Shown: positions 10,306 through 20,509, numbered from the stretch's first letter. The stretch is 64,000 nt of DNA from Candidatus Sumerlaeaceae bacterium (GCA_051003195.1 JBPCLP010000017.1:41228-105227); one strand, 5' to 3'. Numbers and translations are program-made. The notes: generated from the letters alone by a model not told the origin.

Positions 10306-11718
10306 GTGATTAGAAGCGTTGGAGCACTACGGAACGTCTGGAAGATTCCGGATCTGAAGCGTAAGATCCTCTACACCCTGATGATCTTGTTCGTTTACCG
10401 CATCGGTGCGCATATTCCAACGCCATTTGTGGATCGAGCACAACTGGCTGAATTCGTGGACCGGCAGCGCACGGGTCTTGGCGCCGGCCTGTTCCAGGTG
10501 ATGGATCTGTTCAGTGGAAAAGCCTTTGAACAGATGAGCGTGTTCGCGCTTGGAATCATGCCCTACATCAGTGTTTCGATTATCCTCCAGTTACTTACGG
10601 TCGTCTATCCGAAGCTTCAGAAAATCCAGCAGGAAGGCGCGCTGGGCCAGCGTAAGATCAACCGTATGACCCGCCAGTTTACCATCGCACTTGCGCTACT
10701 GCAGAGCTTTGGGCTCGCCGTTACGTTGAAGGCCCAGGGGCTGACCTATTTCGTTGGCAGCTATTCCTGGATATTCCTCTTCACCACGATGATTGCGATG
10801 ACGACCGGCACTGCGTTTGTCATGTGGCTTGGTGAGCGCATTACGGAACAAGGCATAGGCAACGGTATTTCATTGATTATCGCCGTAGGTATCCTGGCGC
10901 ATTATCCCTCTGATCTCACTCAGTTGATTACATTGATGCAGAGTGGCGCGCTTGAGTGGATCTGGCTGATTGCCATCGCGGTGCTGTTCGGCATCTCGAC
11001 AATGGCAATTATTCTGATTCAGGACGGAACACGACGCATCCCCATGCAGCACGCTAAGCGCGTGGTGGGGCGGCGCGTCATGTCGGGTGGTACAAATTAT
11101 CTGCCGTTGAAGGTGAACACGGCCGGTGTAATCCCCGTGATCTTCGCGTCGGCCATTCTCGCCTTTCCAACCTTCCTGGCCTCATTATTCAGTGGCGGGG
11201 ATGAGACGGGTGGAGTGCTCGGGAATCTATTCCGGCTGGAGTCATCTTATAATCTCTACAATGCGGCGAACATGGAGAACTGGGGCGGAGGATTTTTTAA
11301 CCTCTTCAAGAGCGTTAATCTTCATATCTTGCTGTTCGCACTGCTTACGGGCTTCTTCTGCTATTTTTACACGGCTGTGGCCTTTAACCCGGATGATGTT
11401 GCGAACAATTTGAAGAAGAGCGGCTCGTTCATACCCGGAAAGCGTCCCGGAAAGCCGACCAGCGAATACATCGATTATGTGCTGACGCGGGTAACGACTG
11501 TCGGAGCATTCTTTCTTGTCGCGATTGCGGTGACGCCTCTCGTTTTGCAGGTTTCCTTTAATATGCCGTATCAGGCCATGTCCTTTGTGGGTGGAACCGG
11601 GCTTATTATTGTCGTCGGTGTGCTTCTTGACACGCTCAAGCAGATCGAGTCGCAATTGCTCATGCGTCACTACGAAGGCTTTGCAATGCGCCGTACGTCC
11701 ACGGCGAAGTGGCGCTGA
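10306..11718 (+). CDS. secY: Preprotein translocase subunit SecY
   Basis: FALGIMPYI, WLGERITEQGIGNGISLII, IPGKRPGKPT. Confidence 0.98.
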   Translation: MIRSVGALRNVWKIPDLKRKILYTLMILFVYRIGAHIPTPFVDRAQLAEFVDRQRTGLGAGLFQVMDLFSGKAFEQMSVFALGIMPYISVSIILQLLTVVYPKLQKIQQEGALGQRKINRMTRQFTIALALLQSFGLAVTLKAQGLTYFVGSYSWIFLFTTMIAMTTGTAFVMWLGERITEQGIGNGISLIIAVGILAHYPSDLTQLITLMQSGALEWIWLIAIAVLFGISTMAIILIQDGTRRIPMQHAKRVVGRRVMSGGTNYLPLKVNTAGVIPVIFASAILAFPTFLASLFSGGDETGGVLGNLFRLESSYNLYNAANMENWGGGFFNLFKSVNLHILLFALLTGFFCYFYTAVAFNPDDVANNLKKSGSFIPGKRPGKPTSEYIDYVLTRVTTVGAFFLVAIAVTPLVLQVSFNMPYQAMSFVGGTGLIIVVGVLLDTLKQIESQLLMRHYEGFAMRRTSTAKWR

Positions 11719-11734
11719 CGAGAACCTATCCCAC

Positions 11735-12447
11735 TTGGAAATTTCCGCTAACAAAATATACGGCAACGACCCACTCAACGTCATCCTGTTCGGGCCTCCA
11801 GGGTCGGGCAAAGGCACGCAGGCCAAGCACCTGGTCAAGGCGCATGGTTTTACTCACGTGTCGACCGGCGATATCCTGCGCGAAGAGACTAAAAGTAACA
11901 CCGCGCTGGGCAGGCTGGCCAGCGGCTTCATGCGTGAAGGCCGGCTCGTGCCTGACAAATATATCGGGGACATGGTAAAAAAAAACTCTGCGAGCTGAAG
12001 GGTCACGGCGCCAGCATACTTTTTGACGGCTACCCGAGAACCCGCCCGCAGGCAGAACAGCTAGACCAGATATTCCACGTCGCCGACCTGATGCTAAACG
12101 GCGTCATCGCAATGATGGTGGATCCAGAGGTACTTATTGCGCGCATCACCGCGCGCCGTACATGCTCTACCTGTAACACCATCGTTAATCTTTCGCTTGA
12201 TCCCCTGAACACATTTTCGCGTTGCCCGGCCTGCGGCGGCGAGCTCGTACACCGCGACGACGACAATGAGACGGTTGTTCGCCGGCGCATCGAGGAATAC
12301 CACGAGGCCACCGAGCCGCTGCTGGATTACTACAAGAACCGCGGGCAGCTTTATCCCATCGAGGGCCTTGGAACGGTTAACGACGTAGGGATGCGCATTG
12401 CGGAAGTTCTCGATAATCTCGATCGCGCGCGCCGGGAACACGCCTGA
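11735..12447 (+). pseudogene. adk: Adenylate kinase with zinc LID, split by a frameshift at an A9 run (sequencing error or recoding)
   Basis: Frame 1 carries GPPGSGKGTQA and STGDILR and stops at 11998; frame 2 carries FDGYPRT, CSTC...CPAC and RDDD; junction at A9 11977-11985. Confidence 0.9.
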
Positions 12448-13199
12448 TGGCGAAGAAAGTCGAGCTGAAGTCCGAGGCTGAACTTCAAAAAATGCGCGAA
12501 GCCGGCATCCTGCTCCGTAAAGTGTTTAACGAGATCGGTAACCGTGTCGCCCCGGGAGTTACAACAGCACAACTGGACCAGGTTGCACGTAAGTGCATCG
12601 AAGATGGCGGCGCTAAACCCGCCTTTCTCGGGTACCTGGGATACCCTGCCACGCTGTGCACGTCCGTGAATGAGGAAGTGGTGCATGGAATACCCAGCAG
12701 CCGCACGCTGAACGAGGGCGACATCGTGTCCATTGACTGCGGCCTGGTGCTAAATGGATTCTACGCCGATACCGCGACGACGTACGCAGTGGGCACCATC
12801 AGCGAAGAAGCACAGCAGTTGCTCAAGGCCACACGTGAAAGCCTGGACCGCGCAATCGAGCACATGGTGGTGGGCAACCGTATCGGCACAGTGTCGTCCG
12901 CGGTGCAACAGTACGTGGAGGAGCGTGGTTACTCAGTGGTGCGCGACTATACGGGTCATGGCATCGGACGCGCCATGCACGAGCCTCCGCAGATACCGAA
13001 CTTCGGCGATGCAGACACCGGCTTCCGTCTGCGTCCTGGGTTGGTGCTGGCAATCGAGCCGATGGTAAACGCAGGAACCTACAAAACCAAAACTCTGAAG
13101 GACGGCTGGACGGTCGTCACTGCCGATGGGGCACTTTCGGCGCACTTCGAACACACCATCGCCGTCACCGAAAACGGGCCGATGATTCTCACCGCTTAG
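12447..13199 (+). CDS. map: Type I methionine aminopeptidase
   Basis: CTSVNEEVVHGIP, GHGIGRAMHE, AIEPMVN, SAHFEHT. Confidence 0.97.
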   Translation: MAKKVELKSEAELQKMREAGILLRKVFNEIGNRVAPGVTTAQLDQVARKCIEDGGAKPAFLGYLGYPATLCTSVNEEVVHGIPSSRTLNEGDIVSIDCGLVLNGFYADTATTYAVGTISEEAQQLLKATRESLDRAIEHMVVGNRIGTVSSAVQQYVEERGYSVVRDYTGHGIGRAMHEPPQIPNFGDADTGFRLRPGLVLAIEPMVNAGTYKTKTLKDGWTVVTADGALSAHFEHTIAVTENGPMILTA

Positions 13200-13384
13200 A
13201 GCTTTATGATCCGACTATTGCCAGACGACCCGATCGCGTTTATTAAAGAGAGGGCACTGCTCAGGCACCTGTACTTGCCCCCATTCATCGGTTATCCGCG
13301 GTCGCGGCGGGGGCGCAGGAAATCCAGGTACACGAGCTTGAAATCATTCTCTTCGCTGCGTGAAGGTCATTTGCAACCTCTCCA

Positions 13385-13963
13385 ATGCTGAACGATAAGT
13401 CAGACAGGTGCTACACAGCATATGACCGTGTAGTAGAATACGGCGCGATCGGTAGTACCGAGTCCCAGCATCGCGGCACAATTCTCTCGTTCCTCCAATC
13501 CCATCACGACCCATTCGACCGCGCACACCTGCACGCGCATCTCACCGGCAGCGCGCTTATTGTTTCCTTCGACGGCACGCGCGTGCTGCTTGGCTATCAT
13601 CGTAAGCTGAGCCGCTGGCTGCAGATGGGCGGCCATGGCGAACCTGGCGAGACTGATCCTTTAGTCGTAGCGATGCGTGAAGCGCGTGAAGAGTCCGGTG
13701 TCCACGATCTCCGCCTCGACAGCCGGGCACCTGCGCCCATTGACGTGGACGTCCACACCATACCGGCACGTTGCGACGTCCCCGAACACCTGCACCTCGA
13801 CATTCGGTTCCTGCTGCGCGCACCCGCCGATGCCGCGCCGGCGTGCCATCTGGACGAGCAGGATGATCTGCGCTGGTTCTTGTGGGACGAGGTAGAATAT
13901 CTGGAGCTCGATCCTTCTCTTGTACGGCTGATCGCCAAGGCCCGCGGTTACGCGCGCGCATGA
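13385..13963 (+). CDS. NUDIX hydrolase (start uncertain)
   Basis: GGHGEPGETDPLVVAMREAREESG Nudix box; HLTGSALIV; HLHLDIRFL. Confidence 0.88.
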   Translation: MLNDKSDRCYTAYDRVVEYGAIGSTESQHRGTILSFLQSHHDPFDRAHLHAHLTGSALIVSFDGTRVLLGYHRKLSRWLQMGGHGEPGETDPLVVAMREAREESGVHDLRLDSRAPAPIDVDVHTIPARCDVPEHLHLDIRFLLRAPADAAPACHLDEQDDLRWFLWDEVEYLELDPSLVRLIAKARGYARA

Positions 13964-15204
13964 GGATACTTTTTCTACACCAGCATTTCCACCCGGAAAC
14001 CGTTGGGACCTCCACGCGCGCGGTTGAGATCGTCGAATACCTCGTGCAGCATGGCCACGATGTGACTGTCGTCACAGGAATTCCAAGTCACCCATCCACA
14101 ATGACGAATGCGGAGGTCTCACGTGACCAGCCGCGGTTCGAGGAATTCCGTGGGGCGCATCTGTACCGCACATGGGCATATGGATCAAGTAGACGTGACG
14201 CATTTCTTCGGCGCATGCTGACCTATGGCAGCTTCATGATCCTCGGGGGCTTCAAGGCGCTTTTCCTTCGTGGCAAGTTCGATGTGCTGGTTGCGATCAG
14301 CCCACTTCCGAATGGTGTCGCGGCATGGATGGTCAGCAGGCTGCGGCGCTTGCCGCTGATGTTCGACGTTTGTGACATCTGGCCCGATTGCGCGGTGGCG
14401 GTCGGCATGCTAAACCGGACACCCATGCTGCGCCTTGCGCAATGGCTGGAGAAGCGAGTATATCTCAACTCGCGCCGAATTGGCGTGGTAACCCCTGGGT
14501 TCACCGACAATATTGCCGGTAAGGGAATACCACGCGAAACGATCTCTCTGCTGCCCGACTGGGTTGACCCCGATATCTATGATCCAGCCAAAGTTGACCG
14601 CGAAGCCACGCGCCTGCAGTATGATCTGGATGGAAAGTTCGTCGTCTCATTCCTCGGAAACTTCGGGCTGCTGATGGGCCTCGAGGCAATCCTGGATATT
14701 GCTCAGCGGCTTCGAGATCGTGCTCCAGACGTGCTGTTTCTCTTTGTCGGTAAAGGTGTTGCACTGCCAATGATGCAGGACCGGGTAGACAGGGAGTCGC
14801 TCCAAAATGTGCGCATTCTGCCCTATCAGCCCCGTGCCGAAGTGCCAGGGTTGCTTGTGGCGTCCGATGTATTGATCGTCACCTATAAGACCACCGACAT
14901 CACAATGATCACTGTCCCATCGAAGATCTACGAGTACCTCGCCATTGCTCGCCCCATTGTGGCTGGAGTAGAGGGAGTCATTCGCGAAATCCTTCTGCAG
15001 TCCGGTGCAGGATTCATTTCCCCATCTCGTGATCCCGAGGAAATGGCTGAGTTCATCCTTCGCCTGAAAGCGGACCCTGCACTTCGAGCGAAAATGGGCG
15101 CGCGTGGGCGCCAGTACGCAATCGAACACTTCTCGTTTGGCAGGGTCGCGGCGGACTACGAGCGGACAATAGGCGAAACTCTGAGTGGGTCCGCTACCAG
15201 GTGA
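13960..15204 (+). CDS. Glycosyltransferase family 4 (WbuB/WcaI-like)
   Basis: MRILFLHQHFHPE, DIWPD, PSKIYEYLA; ATGA overlap with NUDIX stop. Confidence 0.9.
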   Translation: MRILFLHQHFHPETVGTSTRAVEIVEYLVQHGHDVTVVTGIPSHPSTMTNAEVSRDQPRFEEFRGAHLYRTWAYGSSRRDAFLRRMLTYGSFMILGGFKALFLRGKFDVLVAISPLPNGVAAWMVSRLRRLPLMFDVCDIWPDCAVAVGMLNRTPMLRLAQWLEKRVYLNSRRIGVVTPGFTDNIAGKGIPRETISLLPDWVDPDIYDPAKVDREATRLQYDLDGKFVVSFLGNFGLLMGLEAILDIAQRLRDRAPDVLFLFVGKGVALPMMQDRVDRESLQNVRILPYQPRAEVPGLLVASDVLIVTYKTTDITMITVPSKIYEYLAIARPIVAGVEGVIREILLQSGAGFISPSRDPEEMAEFILRLKADPALRAKMGARGRQYAIEHFSFGRVAADYERTIGETLSGSATR

Positions 15205-16136
15205 GCGGGCAACCAGCCGGTCAGCCAGGCGAACCGGAACCGCAGCACGGCACGGTGCGGCTCAGTATTATCATCGTGAACTGGAATACACGCGATCTGC
15301 TCTGCGCCTGCCTGGATTCCCTGCGAAGCGTTCTGGATGATCCAGGACACGAGGTTCTTGTCGTCGACAATGGGTCTTCGGACGGCAGCGTTGAGATGGT
15401 CCGTACGGAATTTGCTGCCGTGCGCCTCCTGTCGCTGAACCAGAACCTGGGCTTTAGCCGAGGTAATAACGTCGCCCTGGCACAAGCGCGAGGCAAGTAC
15501 CTGATGCTGCTTAACAGCGACACGGAGATCATCGGCGATGCGCTGGAAACGATGTGCAACTTTCTCGACCAGAACCCAACCGTGGGCGCGTTGGGGCCGC
15601 AGCTCCTCAATCCGGATGGCACGGTACAGCTTTCCTGCCGAACCTTTCCATCTTACAAAACCGCGTTGTTCCACCGGAAGTCTCTGATTACAAAACTGTT
15701 TCCGCGAAACCGATTTTCGCAGCAGTACCTGATGACCGGCATCGGGCACGGCAAAACCATGGAAGTCGATTGGGTGATTGGCGCGTGCCTGATGACGCGA
15801 CGCGCCGTGGTCGAGCAGGTCGGCCTCCTGGATGAAGAGTTCTTCATGTACGCTGAAGATGTGGACTGGTGCTATCGCATGCGGCTTGCCGGTTGGGCCA
15901 TTGTGTACGTGCCGGAAGCGCAGGTGCTGCACCACTACGAGAAGTCTGCCGTAAAGATGCCCTACCGTATGAACTTCCAGCGCCATCGCAGCATGTGGAG
16001 ATTCTACATGAAACATTACAGCCGTGGCATCATGCTCCTGGATGTCGCCACGTTTATTGGAATCGTTACAAGGTTCGTGCTTATGCTCACGCGCAATGCG
16101 GTGCATTCGGCTTTTGGAGGAGAGAAACGCCCATGA
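15201..16136 (+). CDS. Glycosyltransferase family 2 (WbbL/rhamnosyltransferase-like)
   Basis: SIIIVNWN, VVDNGSSDGS, LLNSD, FFMYAEDVDWC. Confidence 0.9.
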   Translation: MSGQPAGQPGEPEPQHGTVRLSIIIVNWNTRDLLCACLDSLRSVLDDPGHEVLVVDNGSSDGSVEMVRTEFAAVRLLSLNQNLGFSRGNNVALAQARGKYLMLLNSDTEIIGDALETMCNFLDQNPTVGALGPQLLNPDGTVQLSCRTFPSYKTALFHRKSLITKLFPRNRFSQQYLMTGIGHGKTMEVDWVIGACLMTRRAVVEQVGLLDEEFFMYAEDVDWCYRMRLAGWAIVYVPEAQVLHHYEKSAVKMPYRMNFQRHRSMWRFYMKHYSRGIMLLDVATFIGIVTRFVLMLTRNAVHSAFGGEKRP

Positions 16137-17044
16137 ATCGTATTACTGCGGAAGTTCTTTGCGGCTTCTTTGCATTCGCGGCGGCCATTGTGTCCGGCTA
16201 TGCCTGTTGGGAATATCTCCGGCCCGAGAAGCTTCGCGCACGTTTTTCCGAGGACAGCCTCAACTATCGCAGGTGGCTTGCACTTTCTTCGACTCTGCCG
16301 ATACTTCTGGGGTATAGCGGCGGATTTATCGCGCTGCTGATCCTCTCAGGCGAGATTCTACCCGGAGATCGTTTCTATCCCATATCAGATGCCATCCGCA
16401 TTGCGCTGGTGCCACTGGTTGCAGGGCTGGCTTTCATCACCGTGGACTTTATATTGCCGCCTGGTTTGGCCCCGGTGCGCAATACCTTTACCCGTCAGCG
16501 GGTGGGGAGCAGCGCCTGGCGCCTGCCTGCGATATTGGTGATTGTGCTGGCAGTCGCGCTGGGTGGAGCTGCCAGCGGCATTCAATTTCCGCTGGTCTCT
16601 GTCGGTCGAGAACAGGTGGTGGAGCTGGGCCAATACTCTGTTGCAGCCTCCATCGTGTGGCTGGTGCTCGCGACACTGATTGTAAAATTGCTGGATGGTC
16701 TTGATGGTGCCGCGTCTATGCTGCTCTTGCTTTGCGCAGGTGTGGTTTACTATACCACTGCCTCAACCCTCGAGTACTTTCTTAATGCGTTCAGCGTCAT
16801 CCTGATGGGACTGGTGATCGGATCCCTCCGGTTCCATTTGTATCCCGCGCGGATGCCGTTGCGTGGCGGCGGGACCTTGTTCATCGGCTACCTGTTTGCA
16901 GTACTCACCGTTCTCGCCAGGCAAAAGTCTGTGACGGCAGGGCTGGTGGTTATTCCGCTCCTGTTATTTGCACTCGTGCTTGGCGGGGCAATGCTTGGCT
17001 TCCTGGAGCGAACGCTGACGTTGCGAAAGGATCGCAGCGAGTGA
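16133..17044 (+). CDS. Degenerate MraY/WecA-family membrane protein
   Basis: Multi-TM; LLDGLDGAA and F..YPAR.....GTLFIGY motifs retained but catalytic motifs altered. Confidence 0.75.
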   Translation: MNRITAEVLCGFFAFAAAIVSGYACWEYLRPEKLRARFSEDSLNYRRWLALSSTLPILLGYSGGFIALLILSGEILPGDRFYPISDAIRIALVPLVAGLAFITVDFILPPGLAPVRNTFTRQRVGSSAWRLPAILVIVLAVALGGAASGIQFPLVSVGREQVVELGQYSVAASIVWLVLATLIVKLLDGLDGAASMLLLLCAGVVYYTTASTLEYFLNAFSVILMGLVIGSLRFHLYPARMPLRGGGTLFIGYLFAVLTVLARQKSVTAGLVVIPLLLFALVLGGAMLGFLERTLTLRKDRSE

Positions 17045-17691
17045 GTCCCGAGTCACCCATTGTTTTAGCGTCCGCCTCGCCGCGCCGTCGCCAGATTCTT
17101 GAGATGCTCCGAATTCCGTTTCGTGTCGAAGCAGCCGACGTTGACGAGCGTGCGATTGAGTATCGCCTGCCGCGTGAACTCGCAATAAAAGCGGCATTCC
17201 TGAAAGCAGTCGAAGTGGCGAGCAGGCAGACCGCAGGCACTATTGTGGTCGCGGCTGATACGATTGTGGTTCTTGAGAACACCGTCTACGGAAAACCAGA
17301 GACGGTATCCCAGGCGCGCGAATTTCTAGCGCAGCTCGCCGGTCGAGCTCATACGGTTATTACTGGCATCGCAGTTCAGGAAGCCGCCAGATCGAGCCTG
17401 CTGGATGCAGTCGAATCCAGGGTCTTCATTCAGCCACTCACCCCAGAGCAGATTGCGGATTACGTAGCCACTGGTGAACCGATGGACAAAGCCGGCGCCT
17501 ATGCCGCGCAGGGTGAAGGTCGGAAGCTCATCCAGAGAATTGACGGTGACTTCTTTAATGTGGTTGGCCTGCCGGCTGCCCGCTTTCTGGAAATGCTGAG
17601 CAGCTACATGGAAGTCGCCGAGTATCGCGGTACTTTAAAGAAGCTCTCGCCCGAAGCCTTTGACGCTTTCGCTGATCGCCGCGATAAATAA
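17041..17691 (+). CDS. maf: Maf-family nucleoside triphosphate pyrophosphatase
   Basis: VLASASPRR, AADTIV, EPMDKAGAY, NVVGLP. Confidence 0.93.
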   Translation: MSPESPIVLASASPRRRQILEMLRIPFRVEAADVDERAIEYRLPRELAIKAAFLKAVEVASRQTAGTIVVAADTIVVLENTVYGKPETVSQAREFLAQLAGRAHTVITGIAVQEAARSSLLDAVESRVFIQPLTPEQIADYVATGEPMDKAGAYAAQGEGRKLIQRIDGDFFNVVGLPAARFLEMLSSYMEVAEYRGTLKKLSPEAFDAFADRRDK

Positions 17692-17714
17692 AAATGGCTG
17701 GTATGAAGTAGCAG

Positions 17715-18593
17715 TTGCTGAATGACTTACCTGGCAGAAGGGATGTCTGTGTGTCCAGCAGTGCTCATTTAGACGAGTTTGCCCGGGTTGCAGGTCTGCC
17801 GGAAGCCGAGTTGGACATCGGATATGCCGCATTGCTGATCGCTGCATGCGAATACCCGGAACTCGACATAAAAGCTTACATGCGTCGCCTCGATATGCTG
17901 AGTGCCGGTGTTGCCGAGCGAATGCCTTCGGGTGCCGACCCTCTTGAGCAGGTCACCATCATCAATGAGTTCCTGTTTCGCCAGCGGCACTTCCGCGGGA
18001 ACGCCGAAAACTACTACGACCCGCGCAACAGCTACCTGAACGAAGTGATAGACCGGCGCCTCGGCATTCCCATCACGATGTCCATTCTGTACATCGAAAT
18101 CGCCAAGCGGTTGAGGCTGCCGATTCGAGGCGTTGGGCTGCCGGGACACTTCGTTGTGCGTTACGATGCGCCACGCATCGACCTGTTTGTCGATCCATTC
18201 AACGGAGGCCGCCTGCTTACTTCCGACGATTGCCATGAGCTGGTATTGCGTTCGCTGGGCGGACATCATGCGGTCAGCTTCGGGCATTTCATTCAGCCCA
18301 TTGGCAACAGGTCCATCCTGATTCGGGTTCTCACAAACCTTAAGGTCATTTACTTTCACCAGTCGGATGCCGAGCGCGTTGTGCGTGCTCTCAACCAGAT
18401 TATCCAACTGAACCCGCAATCCACGGACGAATACAAGGAGCGGGGCCTTCTGCACCTCGCCGCTCACAGGTATCGCGCGGCACTGGTCGATCTTACAACC
18501 TACCTCGAGCGTTGCCCGGATGCCCCGGACGCCGATCTGGTGCACCATCGCGTTGACATGATTTGCGCGACGCTCGGCACGAGCTTCGAATAG
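17715..18593 (+). CDS. SirB1/transglutaminase-like protein with C-terminal TPR
   Basis: YYDPRNSYLNEVIDRRLGIPI, GVGLPGHF, NLKVIY, ERGL. Confidence 0.88.
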   Translation: MLNDLPGRRDVCVSSSAHLDEFARVAGLPEAELDIGYAALLIAACEYPELDIKAYMRRLDMLSAGVAERMPSGADPLEQVTIINEFLFRQRHFRGNAENYYDPRNSYLNEVIDRRLGIPITMSILYIEIAKRLRLPIRGVGLPGHFVVRYDAPRIDLFVDPFNGGRLLTSDDCHELVLRSLGGHHAVSFGHFIQPIGNRSILIRVLTNLKVIYFHQSDAERVVRALNQIIQLNPQSTDEYKERGLLHLAAHRYRAALVDLTTYLERCPDAPDADLVHHRVDMICATLGTSFE

Positions 18594-18638
18594 CTTTTTT
18601 GCGTTGCTTCGGCTGTTGCTGCCCCATGAAGTAGTCTT

Positions 18639-19127
18639 ATGACTTCGACAGAAACGCTCATTGATCAAACACTCGGTCTTCGGCAGTTGATCGTAAAGCT
18701 ATTGAAATCCATACCGCTGGAGCAGGCGGACAACATCCCCCCGACGTGGCACAACAATGCTCGATGGCATGCGGGCCACCTGGTCGTAACGCCTGCGATG
18801 CTCACCCATGGAATACTCAAAGAACCGCTGGGCGTTCCCGAGGAATTTCGCACCTGGTTTGCCAAGGGCAGCAGCCCGGCAGGATGGGGGAATGATTCCG
18901 TTCCTGATTACCATGACTTGTGCGACGATCTACTACCTGCCAGTGGGAGGCTCTTCGAAGCAATGCGCAGCCGCATGGATGATGCCTTCATGGAGCCGTA
19001 CACCACGTCCACAGGCGTGGTGCTTCACACGCCTGCCCAGGCACTGAACTTCAGCCTTGCGCACGACGGCATTCATCTCGGGATGCTGATGGCCCTCAAG
19101 CGCGGCCTCGATGCGATGCACCGTTGA
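18639..19127 (+). CDS. DinB-family protein
   Basis: NNARWHAGHL...HDGIHLG His triad. Confidence 0.85.
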   Translation: MTSTETLIDQTLGLRQLIVKLLKSIPLEQADNIPPTWHNNARWHAGHLVVTPAMLTHGILKEPLGVPEEFRTWFAKGSSPAGWGNDSVPDYHDLCDDLLPASGRLFEAMRSRMDDAFMEPYTTSTGVVLHTPAQALNFSLAHDGIHLGMLMALKRGLDAMHR

Positions 19128-19203
19128 GCCACTGACCCACATTCCTAATTTTTTCGAATCACAAACGCACAGCGCTCTTGACGCATCCCTCAGCCCGGCG
19201 CAG

Positions 19204-19306
19204 GCCTAGTGTGCCGAATAGAAGTTCCTATCCAGTTTGAGCCCGGAAGATGAGCTCAATTCGGCACGCAGAACCGAATACGAATTAACGGTAGCCCACA
19301 CTAGGC
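19204..19306 (+). promoter_or_regulatory. Candidate structured leader RNA upstream of the ABC operon
   Basis: Perfect 10-bp stem 19204-13/19297-306, 9-bp stem 19211-19/19259-67, 6-bp stem 19237-42/19254-59. Confidence 0.45.
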
Positions 19307-19315
19307 AGTACACAC

Positions 19316-20473
19316 ATGATCCGAGTAGATAATCTAACCAAACACTATGGCGACGTGCACGCCGTCGATGGCCTGTCTTTCGAGCTGTTCGAGGGTGAAA
19401 TACTCGGTTTTCTCGGTCCCAATGGCGCGGGTAAAACGACAACCATGCGCATACTCACCTGCTTTTTCCCGCCTACCTCGGGAACTGCAACCGTCGCCGG
19501 CTACGATGTGCTCACAGAGCCCGACGAGGTGCGGCGGCTTATCGGTTATATGCCTGAGGGTGTGCCCTTATACCGGGAGATGACGGTGACCGACTTCCTC
19601 GACTTCGTGGGGCATTCCAAGGGATACGGGCATGCGAAGCGGCGCACCTATGTGGACGCTGCCATCGGCGAAACCAATCTGGGTGACGTACGCAATCGCG
19701 TGATAGGGGAGCTGTCGAAAGGCTATCGCCAGCGCGTGGGGCTGGCGCAGGCAATCCTTGGCGAACCCAAGGTCCTGATCCTCGACGAGCCAACTTCCGG
19801 CCTTGATCCCCGTCAGATCGCCGACATGCGCGTGCTCATCAAAGGAATGGCCGGCCGGCGCACCGTCATCCTCAGTACGCACATCCTGCCCGAAGTACAG
19901 ATGACCTGTTCCCGTGTAATTATTATCGATCGTGGTCGGATAGCCGCCAGCGGCACGCCGGAAAAACTGACAACTCGCATCCAGAACAGATTCCAAACCG
20001 TGGCTCGTGCCGTCGGTCCTCCCGATGAAATTCGAAAATCCCTGGCTGCTATCGCAGGCGTTTTGCAGGTCGATCATCGCGATCCGCGTGATGCCGACGA
20101 GGGTTTTGTACGAGGCATCGACGGACAGGCGCATGAGTACGTAGTCCATTCAGGTATCGAGACCCCGGACATACGCCCCGCTGTTGCCGAAGCCATTGTG
20201 CGAGGGAAATGGACGCTGGTGGAATTGCGACAGATCGGACTCACGCTTGAGGATATCTTCCTCAAAGCTGTGGCAGGGGAGCAGCCTGCCGTGCAGCCAA
20301 AGTCGAAGAAAAAGCAGGCTGCCAAGCCTGTTCCCGTAGCGGCTGAAGGCCCGCTTCAAGCGGCCGCGGACCAAACACCCGCACACGGAATGCCGCGCAT
20401 CGCTTCACAACCGTCTGAGCCTTCTTCAGATCTGCTGGCGGAAGACCAAAAGGACGCCGATGTTAAACCATAA
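19316..20473 (+). CDS. ABC transporter ATP-binding protein (GldA-like)
   Basis: GPNGAGKTT, LSKGYRQRVG, ILDEPTSGLD, STH. Confidence 0.93.
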   Translation: MIRVDNLTKHYGDVHAVDGLSFELFEGEILGFLGPNGAGKTTTMRILTCFFPPTSGTATVAGYDVLTEPDEVRRLIGYMPEGVPLYREMTVTDFLDFVGHSKGYGHAKRRTYVDAAIGETNLGDVRNRVIGELSKGYRQRVGLAQAILGEPKVLILDEPTSGLDPRQIADMRVLIKGMAGRRTVILSTHILPEVQMTCSRVIIIDRGRIAASGTPEKLTTRIQNRFQTVARAVGPPDEIRKSLAAIAGVLQVDHRDPRDADEGFVRGIDGQAHEYVVHSGIETPDIRPAVAEAIVRGKWTLVELRQIGLTLEDIFLKAVAGEQPAVQPKSKKKQAAKPVPVAAEGPLQAAADQTPAHGMPRIASQPSEPSSDLLAEDQKDADVKP

Positions 20474-20509
20474 ACAGTTTCGCGGCCTAACCTGCGTGGT
20501 GGTTGGCCA

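Noticed and set aside
12091..12447. Stand-alone 118-aa ORF
   Set aside because: It is the C-terminal half of frameshifted adk
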